From NCBI GenBank assembly GCA_046758065.1, contig JBHHZM010000003.1:1-50716 (forward strand): a DNA stretch of 50,716 bases, read 5' to 3'. The notes under the pieces were generated by a model. That model ran no database searches. It saw only the letters and a list, made by a program, of their open reading frames with translations, and had not been told where the DNA came from. Positions 21,162 to 28,970 of the stretch are shown here, piece after piece. The position numbers and the translations under genes are program-made. Origin of the DNA: Alphaproteobacteria bacterium. GTDB lineage: Bacteria > Pseudomonadota > Alphaproteobacteria > JAAXGF01. The first letter of the stretch is position 1; the number at the start of each line of letters is the position of its first letter.

Positions 21162-21551
21162 ATGAATGCCGTGAAACATTTGCCCGTCGTTTTCCTGATC
21201 GCGGCGCTGGTCGCCCTATCGACGGCGGCGATGGCCCAGGGGCTGTCGCCCGACAAGTTGCCGCGTTTCGAGAAGGCCGCCCAGCGCTGCGGCGTCTTCG
21301 CCGGGGCGTATTACCGCTGCGTCGATCGCGCGCCGTCGAAGATCGATCTCGCCAAGGCCGGGGTGTTGCGCTGGATGCGCGATTACGGTGCCGACGAGCT
21401 GCAGATTCTCGAACTCGGCATGCGGTTCGATCTCGGCGAGAGGCGCATGCAGAGCGTCGGCTGTGGCGAGGTGAGTCCCGAACAGAAGGCGCAGGCCGAA
21501 CGAACGCTCGCCGCCTGCCTGGCCGGCGACGGCTCGCTCGTCGGGAACTGA
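21162..21551 (+). CDS. Hypothetical secreted protein with 4 Cys
   Basis: Signal peptide ending AMA; TATAAT at 21111-21116 and GGGGGA RBS upstream; no family recognised. Confidence 0.65.
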   Translation: MNAVKHLPVVFLIAALVALSTAAMAQGLSPDKLPRFEKAAQRCGVFAGAYYRCVDRAPSKIDLAKAGVLRWMRDYGADELQILELGMRFDLGERRMQSVGCGEVSPEQKAQAERTLAACLAGDGSLVGN

Positions 21552-21591
21552 GCGCCGCGCCGCACCGCTGGGTCATCGTCCCGCGACGGGC

Positions 21592-21618
21592 AAAAATCGC
21601 CCCGCGCGCGGCGGGGCG
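21592..21618 (-). terminator. Rho-independent terminator (minus strand)
   Basis: Perfect 8-bp stem CGCCCCGC/GCGGGGCG followed by ATTTTT. Confidence 0.7.
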
Positions 21619-21635
21619 GAGTGTTCCTGTGTAGA
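21592..21635 (-). ncRNA. Candidate small RNA (about 45 nt)
   Basis: Predicted from CtrA-type boxes, -10 TAGTCT and a terminator between convergent genes. Confidence 0.35.
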
Positions 21636-21657
21636 GAGTTCAGACTACATTGGGGGC

Positions 21658-21695
21658 GTTAAGGATCGCTTCAGCCGGGTTAACGGATCGTAAAC
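21658..21695. promoter_or_regulatory. Tandem putative CtrA-binding sites
   Basis: GTTAA-GGATCGC-TTCA and GTTAA-CGGATCG-TAAAC. Confidence 0.55.
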
Positions 21696-21740
21696 GCGCG
21701 CGAAGAAAAAGCGGGTGCCCGGGGAGCGCGCGGATCGTCT

Positions 21741-22595
21741 TCACCCGAGTGACATCTGCGCGCGCAGCGCCCGGCACAGTTCGCTCTCCGCGTCGGCCTG
21801 GTCGTAAAGAATCGTGAAATGGTTACGGTCCGCGACCGTCACAAGCTCGCAGGCGACGCCCGCTTCGACGAGACGGTCGCGCATGTCGGTCGTCTGCTTG
21901 ATCCACAACGGAGGTTCGTCGCCGCCGACCGCGAGCAACAGACGCGCATCGGTCCGCGGCGGCGCGAGCGTCGGGCTGTTGCGCCGCGCCATCTCCGCAT
22001 CCAGCCGCACGTCGGCGTTGACCGAGATGCGCAGCAGCGGGGCGAGATCGTAGACGCCGCTGACGCCGACAACGCCCTTGACGGTATCGGCGGGAAGACC
22101 TTCGGCGGCCCAGTCGTGGGCGAGTGCCATCAGCGCGAGATGGGCGCCCGCCGAATGGCCCGAAACGAACAGGCGTTCCCCGTCGCCGCCGAGTTCTGCG
22201 GCGTGGCGATGAACCCAGGCGATGCCGTCGTTGATCTGGCACACGATGGCATCGAGGGTGACCGCGGGGCAGAGATCGTAATTGAGCAACACCGTCGTGG
22301 CGCCGGCGCCGACCAGCGGCTCGGCGACGAAGCTGAAGTCGCTCTTGTCGAGGCTACGCCAGTAGCCGCCGTGCAGAAAAACGTGGATCGGCGGGTGCGG
22401 ACCGGGGGCGGTAAAGACGTCGAGGGTTTGCAGCGGCGACGGGCCGTAGGCGATGTCGTAACGGCCGGCGAGGCGCTCGCGCGCCGCACGACTGCGCGCC
22501 GCGTATGCGGCGAGATGGCGCTCCGCATCGGCCACCGCGACGCGCGGGTTGAGTTGCGCCTCGAGTTCCCCGGCGCTCAAATTCGCGAGGTCCAT
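21741..22595 (-). CDS. Alpha/beta hydrolase (arylformamidase-like)
   Basis: FLHGGYW, YDLCP, SGHSAGAHL nucleophile elbow, SGVYDL, NHF. Confidence 0.88.
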   Translation of the reverse strand: MDLANLSAGELEAQLNPRVAVADAERHLAAYAARSRAARERLAGRYDIAYGPSPLQTLDVFTAPGPHPPIHVFLHGGYWRSLDKSDFSFVAEPLVGAGATTVLLNYDLCPAVTLDAIVCQINDGIAWVHRHAAELGGDGERLFVSGHSAGAHLALMALAHDWAAEGLPADTVKGVVGVSGVYDLAPLLRISVNADVRLDAEMARRNSPTLAPPRTDARLLLAVGGDEPPLWIKQTTDMRDRLVEAGVACELVTVADRNHFTILYDQADAESELCRALRAQMSLG

Positions 22596-22709
22596 CCGCG
22601 TTTCCCGAAAAGCTCCGTTCCTACTCCCGGAGATAAACCCGAATTTCTCACCAAAGTCACGAGCGGCGTCGCGTACGCGCGGCGCGACCACGGTGCGGCA
22701 CCCGGCTCA

Positions 22710-22723
22710 TTGACATGTGTCAA
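22710..22723. promoter_or_regulatory. FNR/FixK-type palindromic box
   Basis: TTGAC-ATGT-GTCAA between divergent hydrolase and SprT-like genes. Confidence 0.55.
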
Positions 22724-22776
22724 CCGCCCCGTCCTCGGGTACACTCGGACGGCAGGGTCGGGACGGGAGGTAGACA

Positions 22777-23313
22777 GTGGCGCGGATACTCGGCTCGGTG
22801 GCGCTCGTCGCCGCGGCGTGGGGGCTCGACGGGCGGCTGGCACGGGCGCGGCGCATCGGGAGCGGCTACGGCGAATGCCTGGCGTGCACGGTCGGGATCA
22901 GCCGTCGCGGCAAGACCCTCGCCGGCAAGGCCCTGACCCCGGAGCGCCGGATCGTCATCAACTCGGCGTTGTTGATCGCGGGGCGCGAAGCCGACCGCGA
23001 CGCCACGTTTCTCCACGAATGCGCGCACGTCATCGCCGACATCCGCTACCGGGCGTTCTGCCGGCACGACTGGCGCTGGCGCCGCGTCATGGCGCTGTTG
23101 GGCGAGCCCGCCCGGGCGCACCACGATATCGCGTGCCTGTCGCCCCGGGCGCACGCCGTCGTCACCTGGGTCTGCGCCCACTGCGGCGAGGAGTTTCATT
23201 ACGTTCGCGCGCCGCGACGGCGGATCGAGGATTGCTGTTGCCGCGCCTGCGGACCGCGCCTCGGGCGGCTCTATGTCAAGGAAGACCGTCCGGTTCCGCG
23301 CGCCGCCGATTGA
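22777..23313 (+). CDS. SprT-like zinc metalloprotease with C-terminal zinc ribbon
   Basis: TFLHECAH (HExxH), downstream HDWRWRRVM, CAHC...CRAC; GGAGG RBS. Confidence 0.8.
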   Translation: MARILGSVALVAAAWGLDGRLARARRIGSGYGECLACTVGISRRGKTLAGKALTPERRIVINSALLIAGREADRDATFLHECAHVIADIRYRAFCRHDWRWRRVMALLGEPARAHHDIACLSPRAHAVVTWVCAHCGEEFHYVRAPRRRIEDCCCRACGPRLGRLYVKEDRPVPRAAD

Positions 23314-23334
23314 CCCACGGCGAACGGCGCGCCG

Positions 23335-23967
23335 TCACCACCAGCGGCGGCGCTTGCGCGAGTGCATCAGGAGTTCCTGCAGCGCCAGCATGACGCGCTG
23401 ATGATGGTGCGCGTTATCACGGTCGCGCTCGGTCTCGGCGAGGTGGCGTTCGTTCTCGTAGTACTGGAAGAGATCGACCATCGCCATGAGCGCCCGGCGG
23501 AGCACGCGGTCGCGCTGTTCGAGCGCGGCGCCCATCTCGGCCAACTTGCCGCGCAGCGTACCCAATTCGTCCCGCAGCGTACCGATCTGCTGCTCCGAGG
23601 CAGCGGCGAGCATGGCAGCTGTCAACGCGCGCGCCTCTCGCTTGCGGCTGGGCGCCCCGGCCGGCTGCTTGTCGGCGAGCGCCTTGTCGATATCGCGCGC
23701 CGTCGCACCTTCGGCGTAGAGCTCGCGGATACGCGCGAGAACCGGCAGCGAATCGCCGGAAACCAGGGTCCTGCGTCCGGTGCGCCGGGTCCGCACCAGC
23801 GCCGCATGGCGGTCGAGATAGCGCCGCAGCCGCCGGTCGGGCACCTGCAACCGGGCGCCGACCTCGGAGACCGCGAGCCAGTCGCGCTCGCTGCGCGGTT
23901 TGTCGCTCTGCCCGTCGGCGGCGCCGGCGGACTCGAGCAGACGAAGTTTTCGGCTTGGCTCCCCCAT
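23335..23967 (-). CDS. Hypothetical MerR-like HTH plus coiled-coil protein
   Basis: LAVSEVGARLQVPDRRLRRY and LARIRELYAEG...IDKAL (MerR-like wHTH), long heptad region, C-terminal RKRRRWW. Confidence 0.7.
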   Translation of the reverse strand: MGEPSRKLRLLESAGAADGQSDKPRSERDWLAVSEVGARLQVPDRRLRRYLDRHAALVRTRRTGRRTLVSGDSLPVLARIRELYAEGATARDIDKALADKQPAGAPSRKREARALTAAMLAAASEQQIGTLRDELGTLRGKLAEMGAALEQRDRVLRRALMAMVDLFQYYENERHLAETERDRDNAHHHQRVMLALQELLMHSRKRRRWW

Positions 23968-24236
23968 CACACACTCCCACGCCGGTTCCGGATCGAAAGA
24001 CCCGGCACCGAAGACACACTCCACCCTCCCCAATCATATTACAACTTAAGGGGTAACGGAAGTTATTAAATCACAATATGTTGTGGCTCGCACCCTATTT
24101 TACCGGAACACGCGGCGCGCGCAAACCGCCGCCCGGCCGCGCTCCAACATGGCCGGAATCACGGCAACGAGATATTTGTTGTAATTGCCAATTTTTTTGC
24201 AATAACTTCAACATTATCATTCCCCGAGGGAAGGTC

Positions 24237-24902
24237 GTGGACTTCATATTCATGCTTACGCGAGAGGACCGGACGATCGAAGATGGTCTGGAAGTCATTG
24301 AGGTAACGCAGAATACTGGAATTTCCCACATCGGATTCAAAGACCTGGGGGCCGACCGCGACATGCTTGCGCGGCTCAACGATTCGATCAAGGCCGCGGG
24401 CGGAACCTCATATATGGAAGTGGTAAGTGCCACATCGGATGCCTGCCTCGAATCGGCCCGCACGGCGGTCGAGATCGGCGTCGATCGCCTGCTCGGCGGC
24501 ACCAACGTAGAGGAGATGCTCGCCGTACTGCAGGGCACCGGCATCGCATACTTTCCCTTTCCCGGCCGCCCGCGGGGGCATCCCGCGCGGCTTTGTGGCG
24601 ACGCCGCCGAAATCGCCGCCGACTGCCGACGCAGCGAGTCGCTCGGCTGCGCCGGCGTCGATCTGCTCGCGTACCGCGCGGAAGACGCCGATCCGCTCGA
24701 ACTCGTGCGCGCCGCACGCGCCGCGCTCGCGGGCGAACTCATCGTCGCCGGCAGCATCGACACGTCGGCGCGCGTGCGGGCGCTGGCCGAAGCGGGGGTC
24801 GACGCCTTCACGATCGGCAGCGCGGCGTTCGACGGCTCGTTTTCGCCGCGCAAGGGCTCGCTCCGTTCGCGGCTGCGTGATATCCTCGCCGCCTGCGCCT
24901 GA
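24237..24902 (+). CDS. Uncharacterised phosphate-binding TIM-barrel protein
   Basis: GTG start after GGGAAGG; alternating beta/alpha pattern; C-terminal IVAGSI...GVDAFTIGSA phosphate-binding motif. Confidence 0.75.
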   Translation: MDFIFMLTREDRTIEDGLEVIEVTQNTGISHIGFKDLGADRDMLARLNDSIKAAGGTSYMEVVSATSDACLESARTAVEIGVDRLLGGTNVEEMLAVLQGTGIAYFPFPGRPRGHPARLCGDAAEIAADCRRSESLGCAGVDLLAYRAEDADPLELVRAARAALAGELIVAGSIDTSARVRALAEAGVDAFTIGSAAFDGSFSPRKGSLRSRLRDILAACA

Positions 24903-24997
24903 ATTCCGCACCGCGAGGGAGAGCCGCCATCGTCGGAGTCGATAGCGCTGCGCTGAGCCTCGGGACCGTCGTCCCCGGCGATGGTCTCGAGCGACTG

Positions 24998-26269
24998 TTG
25001 TGCGGCGCGTATGCCGACCCCGACGGCGGGACGCCGCTGGCCGTGCCGACTCGCGCGGTGGTCATCGCTGATTCGCTCGCTGGCGACGAGGCCGATCTTG
25101 TCGCCGCGCTCGGTCTCGGTGCACGGCTTGCGCTGGTCAGCGACGCGAATACCCATCGCGTACTCGGGGCGCGGGTTGCGCGCTCGCTCGCCGCCGTCGC
25201 CGAGGTGAGCGAAATTCGGTTGCCGGACCACCCCCGCGCCGACCAGGCGGCGGTCGGGGAGATCCGCGACGCGAGCGTTCTGAGCGACGCGCTGATCGCC
25301 GTCGGTTCGGGCACGATCAACGACCTCTGCAAGTACGTCGCCGCGCTCGACGGCAAACCGTACGCGGTCTTCGCGACGGCACCGTCGATGAACGGCTACA
25401 CTTCGGTCAACGCGGCGATCACCGTCGACGGCCACAAGAAATCGTTGCCGGCGACGGCCGCGGCGGGGGTGTTTCTCGACCTCGAGGTGCTGGCGGGCGC
25501 GCCGCCACGCATGATCCGCTCCGGCCTCGGCGACAGCCTTTGCCGGCCGACCGCCCAGGCCGACTGGCTGCTCTCGCATCTGTTGCTCGACACGCCCTAC
25601 CGCAGGGCGCCATTTGCGCTCCTCGCTGGCGACGAGGACGCGCTGCTCGCCGAATCCGACGCCCTGATGCGGGGCGATGCGGCGGCGATGCGGCGGCTCG
25701 CGCGCACCCTCGTCCTGTCGGGCTTCGGCATGGCGATCTGCGGCGGCAGCCACCCGGCGAGCGAGGGCGAGCACCTCATCAGCCATTACGTGGAAATGAT
25801 GACGCCTTCGTCATGGCCCGAATCGTTTCACGGCGAGCAGATCGGCGTCGCCACGCTGACCATGGCGCGGTTGCAGGAACGCTTGCTCGCCGCTGGGCCG
25901 CCGCGATTGAACGCGAGCGTTGCGGACGAGACGTCGCTCACGGCCCACTTCGGCGACGGCCTCGGCGCCGCCTGCTGGCGCGAGTTCGCGAACAAGCGGC
26001 TCGATGCGGCGCGCGCCGAGACACTCAACGCGCGGATCGAGGCCGGGTGGGACGACATGTGCGCCCGACTTTCGGCCGTGACCCGCTCGGCGTCCGAGAT
26101 TGAGGCGGCGCTCACGCGCGCCGGTGCCCCGACGGCGCCCGAGGCGCTCGGCTGGCCGCGCGTGTTCTATCGCGACGCCGTGCGCCACGCCCGCGAAATC
26201 CGCGATCGCTACACCTTCCTCGATCTCGCGGCGGACGGCGGCCTGCTCGACGGGGACGGGCTTGTCTGA
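24998..26269 (+). CDS. sn-glycerol-1-phosphate dehydrogenase-family (AraM/EgsA-like) oxidoreductase
   Basis: AVGSGTINDLCKY, TAPSMNGYTS, SGLGD, PASEGEHLISH, HGEQIG; true start probably upstream (see findings). Confidence 0.85.
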   Translation: MCGAYADPDGGTPLAVPTRAVVIADSLAGDEADLVAALGLGARLALVSDANTHRVLGARVARSLAAVAEVSEIRLPDHPRADQAAVGEIRDASVLSDALIAVGSGTINDLCKYVAALDGKPYAVFATAPSMNGYTSVNAAITVDGHKKSLPATAAAGVFLDLEVLAGAPPRMIRSGLGDSLCRPTAQADWLLSHLLLDTPYRRAPFALLAGDEDALLAESDALMRGDAAAMRRLARTLVLSGFGMAICGGSHPASEGEHLISHYVEMMTPSSWPESFHGEQIGVATLTMARLQERLLAAGPPRLNASVADETSLTAHFGDGLGAACWREFANKRLDAARAETLNARIEAGWDDMCARLSAVTRSASEIEAALTRAGAPTAPEALGWPRVFYRDAVRHAREIRDRYTFLDLAADGGLLDGDGLV

Positions 26270-26270
26270 G

Positions 26271-27071
26271 ATGCGCCCGCTCGGCGAGTTTCGGGCGGCA
26301 GCGCGCCGCGCCGTGCGCTTCGTGCTGAGCGACATCGACGACACGCTGACCACGGGCGGCCGCCTGCCGGCCGTGGCCTACACCGCGATGGAGCGACTCA
26401 AGCGCGCCGGCTTCGGACTCGTTCCGGTCACCGGCCGGCCCGCAGGCTGGTGCGACCACATCGCCCGGATGTGGCCGGTCGACGGCGTGGTGGGAGAGAA
26501 CGGCGCCTTCTACTTCCATTACGACGCGGCCGCCCGGGTCATGCGCCGGCGCTACTGGAAAGATGCCGCTTCGCGCGCCGCCGACCGGGCGCGGCTGGCG
26601 ACGCTGCAAACCGAAATTCTCGCCGCCGTGCCGGGCGCGGCGGTCGCCGCCGATCAGGCCTACCGCGAGGCCGACCTCGCCATCGACTTCTGCGAAGACG
26701 TGTCGCCGCTCGCCGCCGCCGGGATCGACCGCATCGTCGCGCTGTTCGAGGCGGCGGGAGCGCGGGCCAAGGTCAGCTCGATCCACGTCAACGGCTGGTT
26801 CGGGGACTACGACAAGCTCGCCATGACGAGGATCATGTTCGACGAGCTTTTCGGACTCGACCTCGACGCGGTGCGCGAGACGGTGGTGTTCGCCGGCGAT
26901 TCGCCGAACGATGCGCCAATGTTCGCTTATTTTCCCCATGCCGTCGGCGTCGCCAACGTCCGTGACGTCGCCGGCCGCCTCGACGCCAAACCCGCATGGG
27001 TGACCCGGGCCCGCGGCGGCGAGGGCTTCGCCGAGCTCGCCGAGGCGCTGATCGAGGCGCGCAAATCGTGA
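26271..27071 (+). CDS. HAD-IIB family phosphatase
   Basis: Motif I SDIDDTLT, VTGRPAGW, GENG, motif IV GDSPNDAPMF. Confidence 0.88.
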   Translation: MRPLGEFRAAARRAVRFVLSDIDDTLTTGGRLPAVAYTAMERLKRAGFGLVPVTGRPAGWCDHIARMWPVDGVVGENGAFYFHYDAAARVMRRRYWKDAASRAADRARLATLQTEILAAVPGAAVAADQAYREADLAIDFCEDVSPLAAAGIDRIVALFEAAGARAKVSSIHVNGWFGDYDKLAMTRIMFDELFGLDLDAVRETVVFAGDSPNDAPMFAYFPHAVGVANVRDVAGRLDAKPAWVTRARGGEGFAELAEALIEARKS

Positions 27072-27847
27072 CCGGCCGGTTGCGACGCGACGCGCGCTTC
27101 GAGCGCATTCTCGCCGAACTGCGGGCGAGTCCCGCAGTGCGTATCTCGGCGCTGGCCGAGAACTTCGGCGTCTCCACCGAGACCGTGCGACGCGACATCG
27201 ACGAACTCAGCCGGCGCGGTCTCGTCGACCGCACCTACGGCGGCGCCGCAGCTCATCCCGCGACGCGCGAGCCGGCGGTGAACGAGCGTTACCGGCTGCT
27301 GGTCGCCGAACGGTCGCGCATCGGCGCCTGCGCCGCCCGGCTGGTCGAACCCGGCGAGGTGCTGATGATCGATTCGGGCTCGACCACCACGCATTTCGCG
27401 CGCGAGCTCGCGGTCGAGGCGCGGGATCTCACCGTGCTGACCAACTGCCTCGGCGTGGCGCTCGCCCTCGGCCGGGCGCCGGGCCTGCGCGTCATCCTCT
27501 GTCCCGGCGATTACAACGCGCGCGAGGGCGGGGCCTTCGGCCCGGAAACCGCGGCCTTCCTGGAGCGGTTTCACGCCGACAAAGCGTTCATCGGCGCGAG
27601 CGGACTGACGGTCGACGGGCCGGTCGAGGTCGACTCGGCGGCGAGCTGGGTCAAGCGCCGCATGATCGAGCGCAGCGCCCGCAGCCTGCTTCTGGTCGAC
27701 GAGACCAAGTTCGACGCCCGTTCGCTTGAGATCGTTTCCCCGCTCGCCGCGATCGACGACGTGATCGCCGACGCCGCGCCGCCCTCGGCGCTGGCCGAGG
27801 CGCTGGCCGTCGCCGACGTCACGCTCCACGTCGCCGGGGCCGACTGA
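27068..27847 (+). CDS. DeoR/GlpR-family transcriptional regulator
   Basis: LAENFGVSTETVRRDI...RTYGGA, IDSGSTT, DKAFIGASG; GTGA overlap with HAD gene. Confidence 0.92.
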   Translation: MTGRLRRDARFERILAELRASPAVRISALAENFGVSTETVRRDIDELSRRGLVDRTYGGAAAHPATREPAVNERYRLLVAERSRIGACAARLVEPGEVLMIDSGSTTTHFARELAVEARDLTVLTNCLGVALALGRAPGLRVILCPGDYNAREGGAFGPETAAFLERFHADKAFIGASGLTVDGPVEVDSAASWVKRRMIERSARSLLLVDETKFDARSLEIVSPLAAIDDVIADAAPPSALAEALAVADVTLHVAGAD

Positions 27848-27880
27848 GAGACGCTGCGGCAGGTTCGCCGCGGGTCGTGT

Positions 27881-28438
27881 TTATCCGTGGAAAAAGCGCT
27901 TCGCCGTCCGGTCGCGTTCGTCCGGTCCGAGGTCAAGACAAGTCTGGCGCAAATGGTCCCAAAGGGCGAGCCGCGACCAGTCCGGCGTCTTTCGGATCGT
28001 CCCGTCGGCGTCGAGGAACGGGTTGGGCAGGAACACCGTGAGCTGCTGTTCGTCCCTGCCGTTGAACAGGCGAAGGCCCCAGCTCGTCGGCGCGCCCGCA
28101 TGGTCGAGCATGCGATAAAGCTCGGCCCGCGCGGTGCGCCGGTGCGCGGCGAGAGCAGGATCGACCGGGTCTTCGCCGCTGCCGCGGTGCTCGCCGATGC
28201 AGATATGGAAATGCCAGGCGCCGAAATCGACCGTCAGGTAGCCGTCGAGACGCGAGATGCGCGTCGGCGCGTTGGGAGCGCGGATCTCGAACACGGCGCC
28301 CTGGATCAGCGTGCCGAATACGATCCTGTCCCAGTAGTTTCCGAAGACATCCTCGAGCACGCGGAACAGCGCGTCTTCGGACGTATCGATCGGCAAGATT
28401 TCGAGTGTGCCCATGCCGGGCTCGGTCACGACTTTCAT
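27881..28438 (-). CDS. Conserved-looking hypothetical protein (possible HemS/ChuX-like fold)
   Basis: Beta-rich, QGAVFEI, WHFHICIG, SWGLRLFN..EQQLTVFL; typical codon usage. Confidence 0.65.
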   Translation of the reverse strand: MKVVTEPGMGTLEILPIDTSEDALFRVLEDVFGNYWDRIVFGTLIQGAVFEIRAPNAPTRISRLDGYLTVDFGAWHFHICIGEHRGSGEDPVDPALAAHRRTARAELYRMLDHAGAPTSWGLRLFNGRDEQQLTVFLPNPFLDADGTIRKTPDWSRLALWDHLRQTCLDLGPDERDRTAKRFFHG

Positions 28439-28620
28439 GGTTGCGATCCCGGCGATCTCACCCGGCGGGCCCGCGCGCCCGTTCGCGGTGGCTGCCGGCA
28501 CGGTGCGGTGTCATGCATCGATCTCACGCGGTGGTTATACAACACGCGGCAGTTCTTTACATCCGCCCGCCAAGCCTTATCTTGCGCCGGAGACCCCCGA
28601 TAAAGCAGGAGCGCCGCCCC

Positions 28621-28668
28621 GTGACCGTCCTCGAACTCGCGATAGCGTCACGCCTCGTGCGGCGATGA
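28621..28668 (+). CDS. Putative 15-aa small ORF (MTVLELAIASRLVRR)
   Basis: AGGAG at 28607-28611, GTG start, stop overlaps the next ATG (ATGA). Confidence 0.35.
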   Translation: MTVLELAIASRLVRR

Positions 28669-28910
28669 GCGACGCGTTCGACCTGGTTTCGCCCTGCGTC
28701 GGGGTCTGCACGCTCGATCCCCGGACGGGCCTGTGCTGTGGTTGCCTGCGCACCGCCGGCGAGATTTCCGAATGGCCGGATTTGTCGTACGACGACAAGC
28801 GCGCGTTGCTCGAGCGACTGCAGGACCGGCGCCGCGAGGCAGGGTGGCCGAGCCGGCGTTCGACGCGCCGCCGTCGTCGGCGCGCACCGTCCGCGTCCTC
28901 CCAAGGTTGA
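28665..28910 (+). CDS. DUF1289-family Cys-rich protein
   Basis: SPCVGVC.LD...GLC.GCLRT..EI..W signature. Confidence 0.88.
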   Translation: MSDAFDLVSPCVGVCTLDPRTGLCCGCLRTAGEISEWPDLSYDDKRALLERLQDRRREAGWPSRRSTRRRRRRAPSASSQG

Positions 28911-28970
28911 AATCCCGTTCGCGGGTGGCAATAGTAACAAGCGCCACCGACAATCGCCTGGTTACGCCCG

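Noticed and set aside
22777-23967. SprT-like protease plus HTH protein as an ImmA/ImmR-like or toxin-antitoxin pair
   Set aside because: Genes are convergent with separate promoters and the HTH is MerR-like, not XRE; adjacency alone is insufficient
24237-24902. TIM barrel as GGGP synthase/PcrB, implying archaeal-type ether lipid synthesis with the G1PDH-like gene
   Set aside because: Lacks the DPDK and YLE-type motifs, and no prenyltransferase genes are nearby; the DeoR/HAD context favours small-molecule metabolism
28910-28970. SAM or cobalamin riboswitch upstream of bmt
   Set aside because: Only 60 nt of intergenic space and no recognisable consensus
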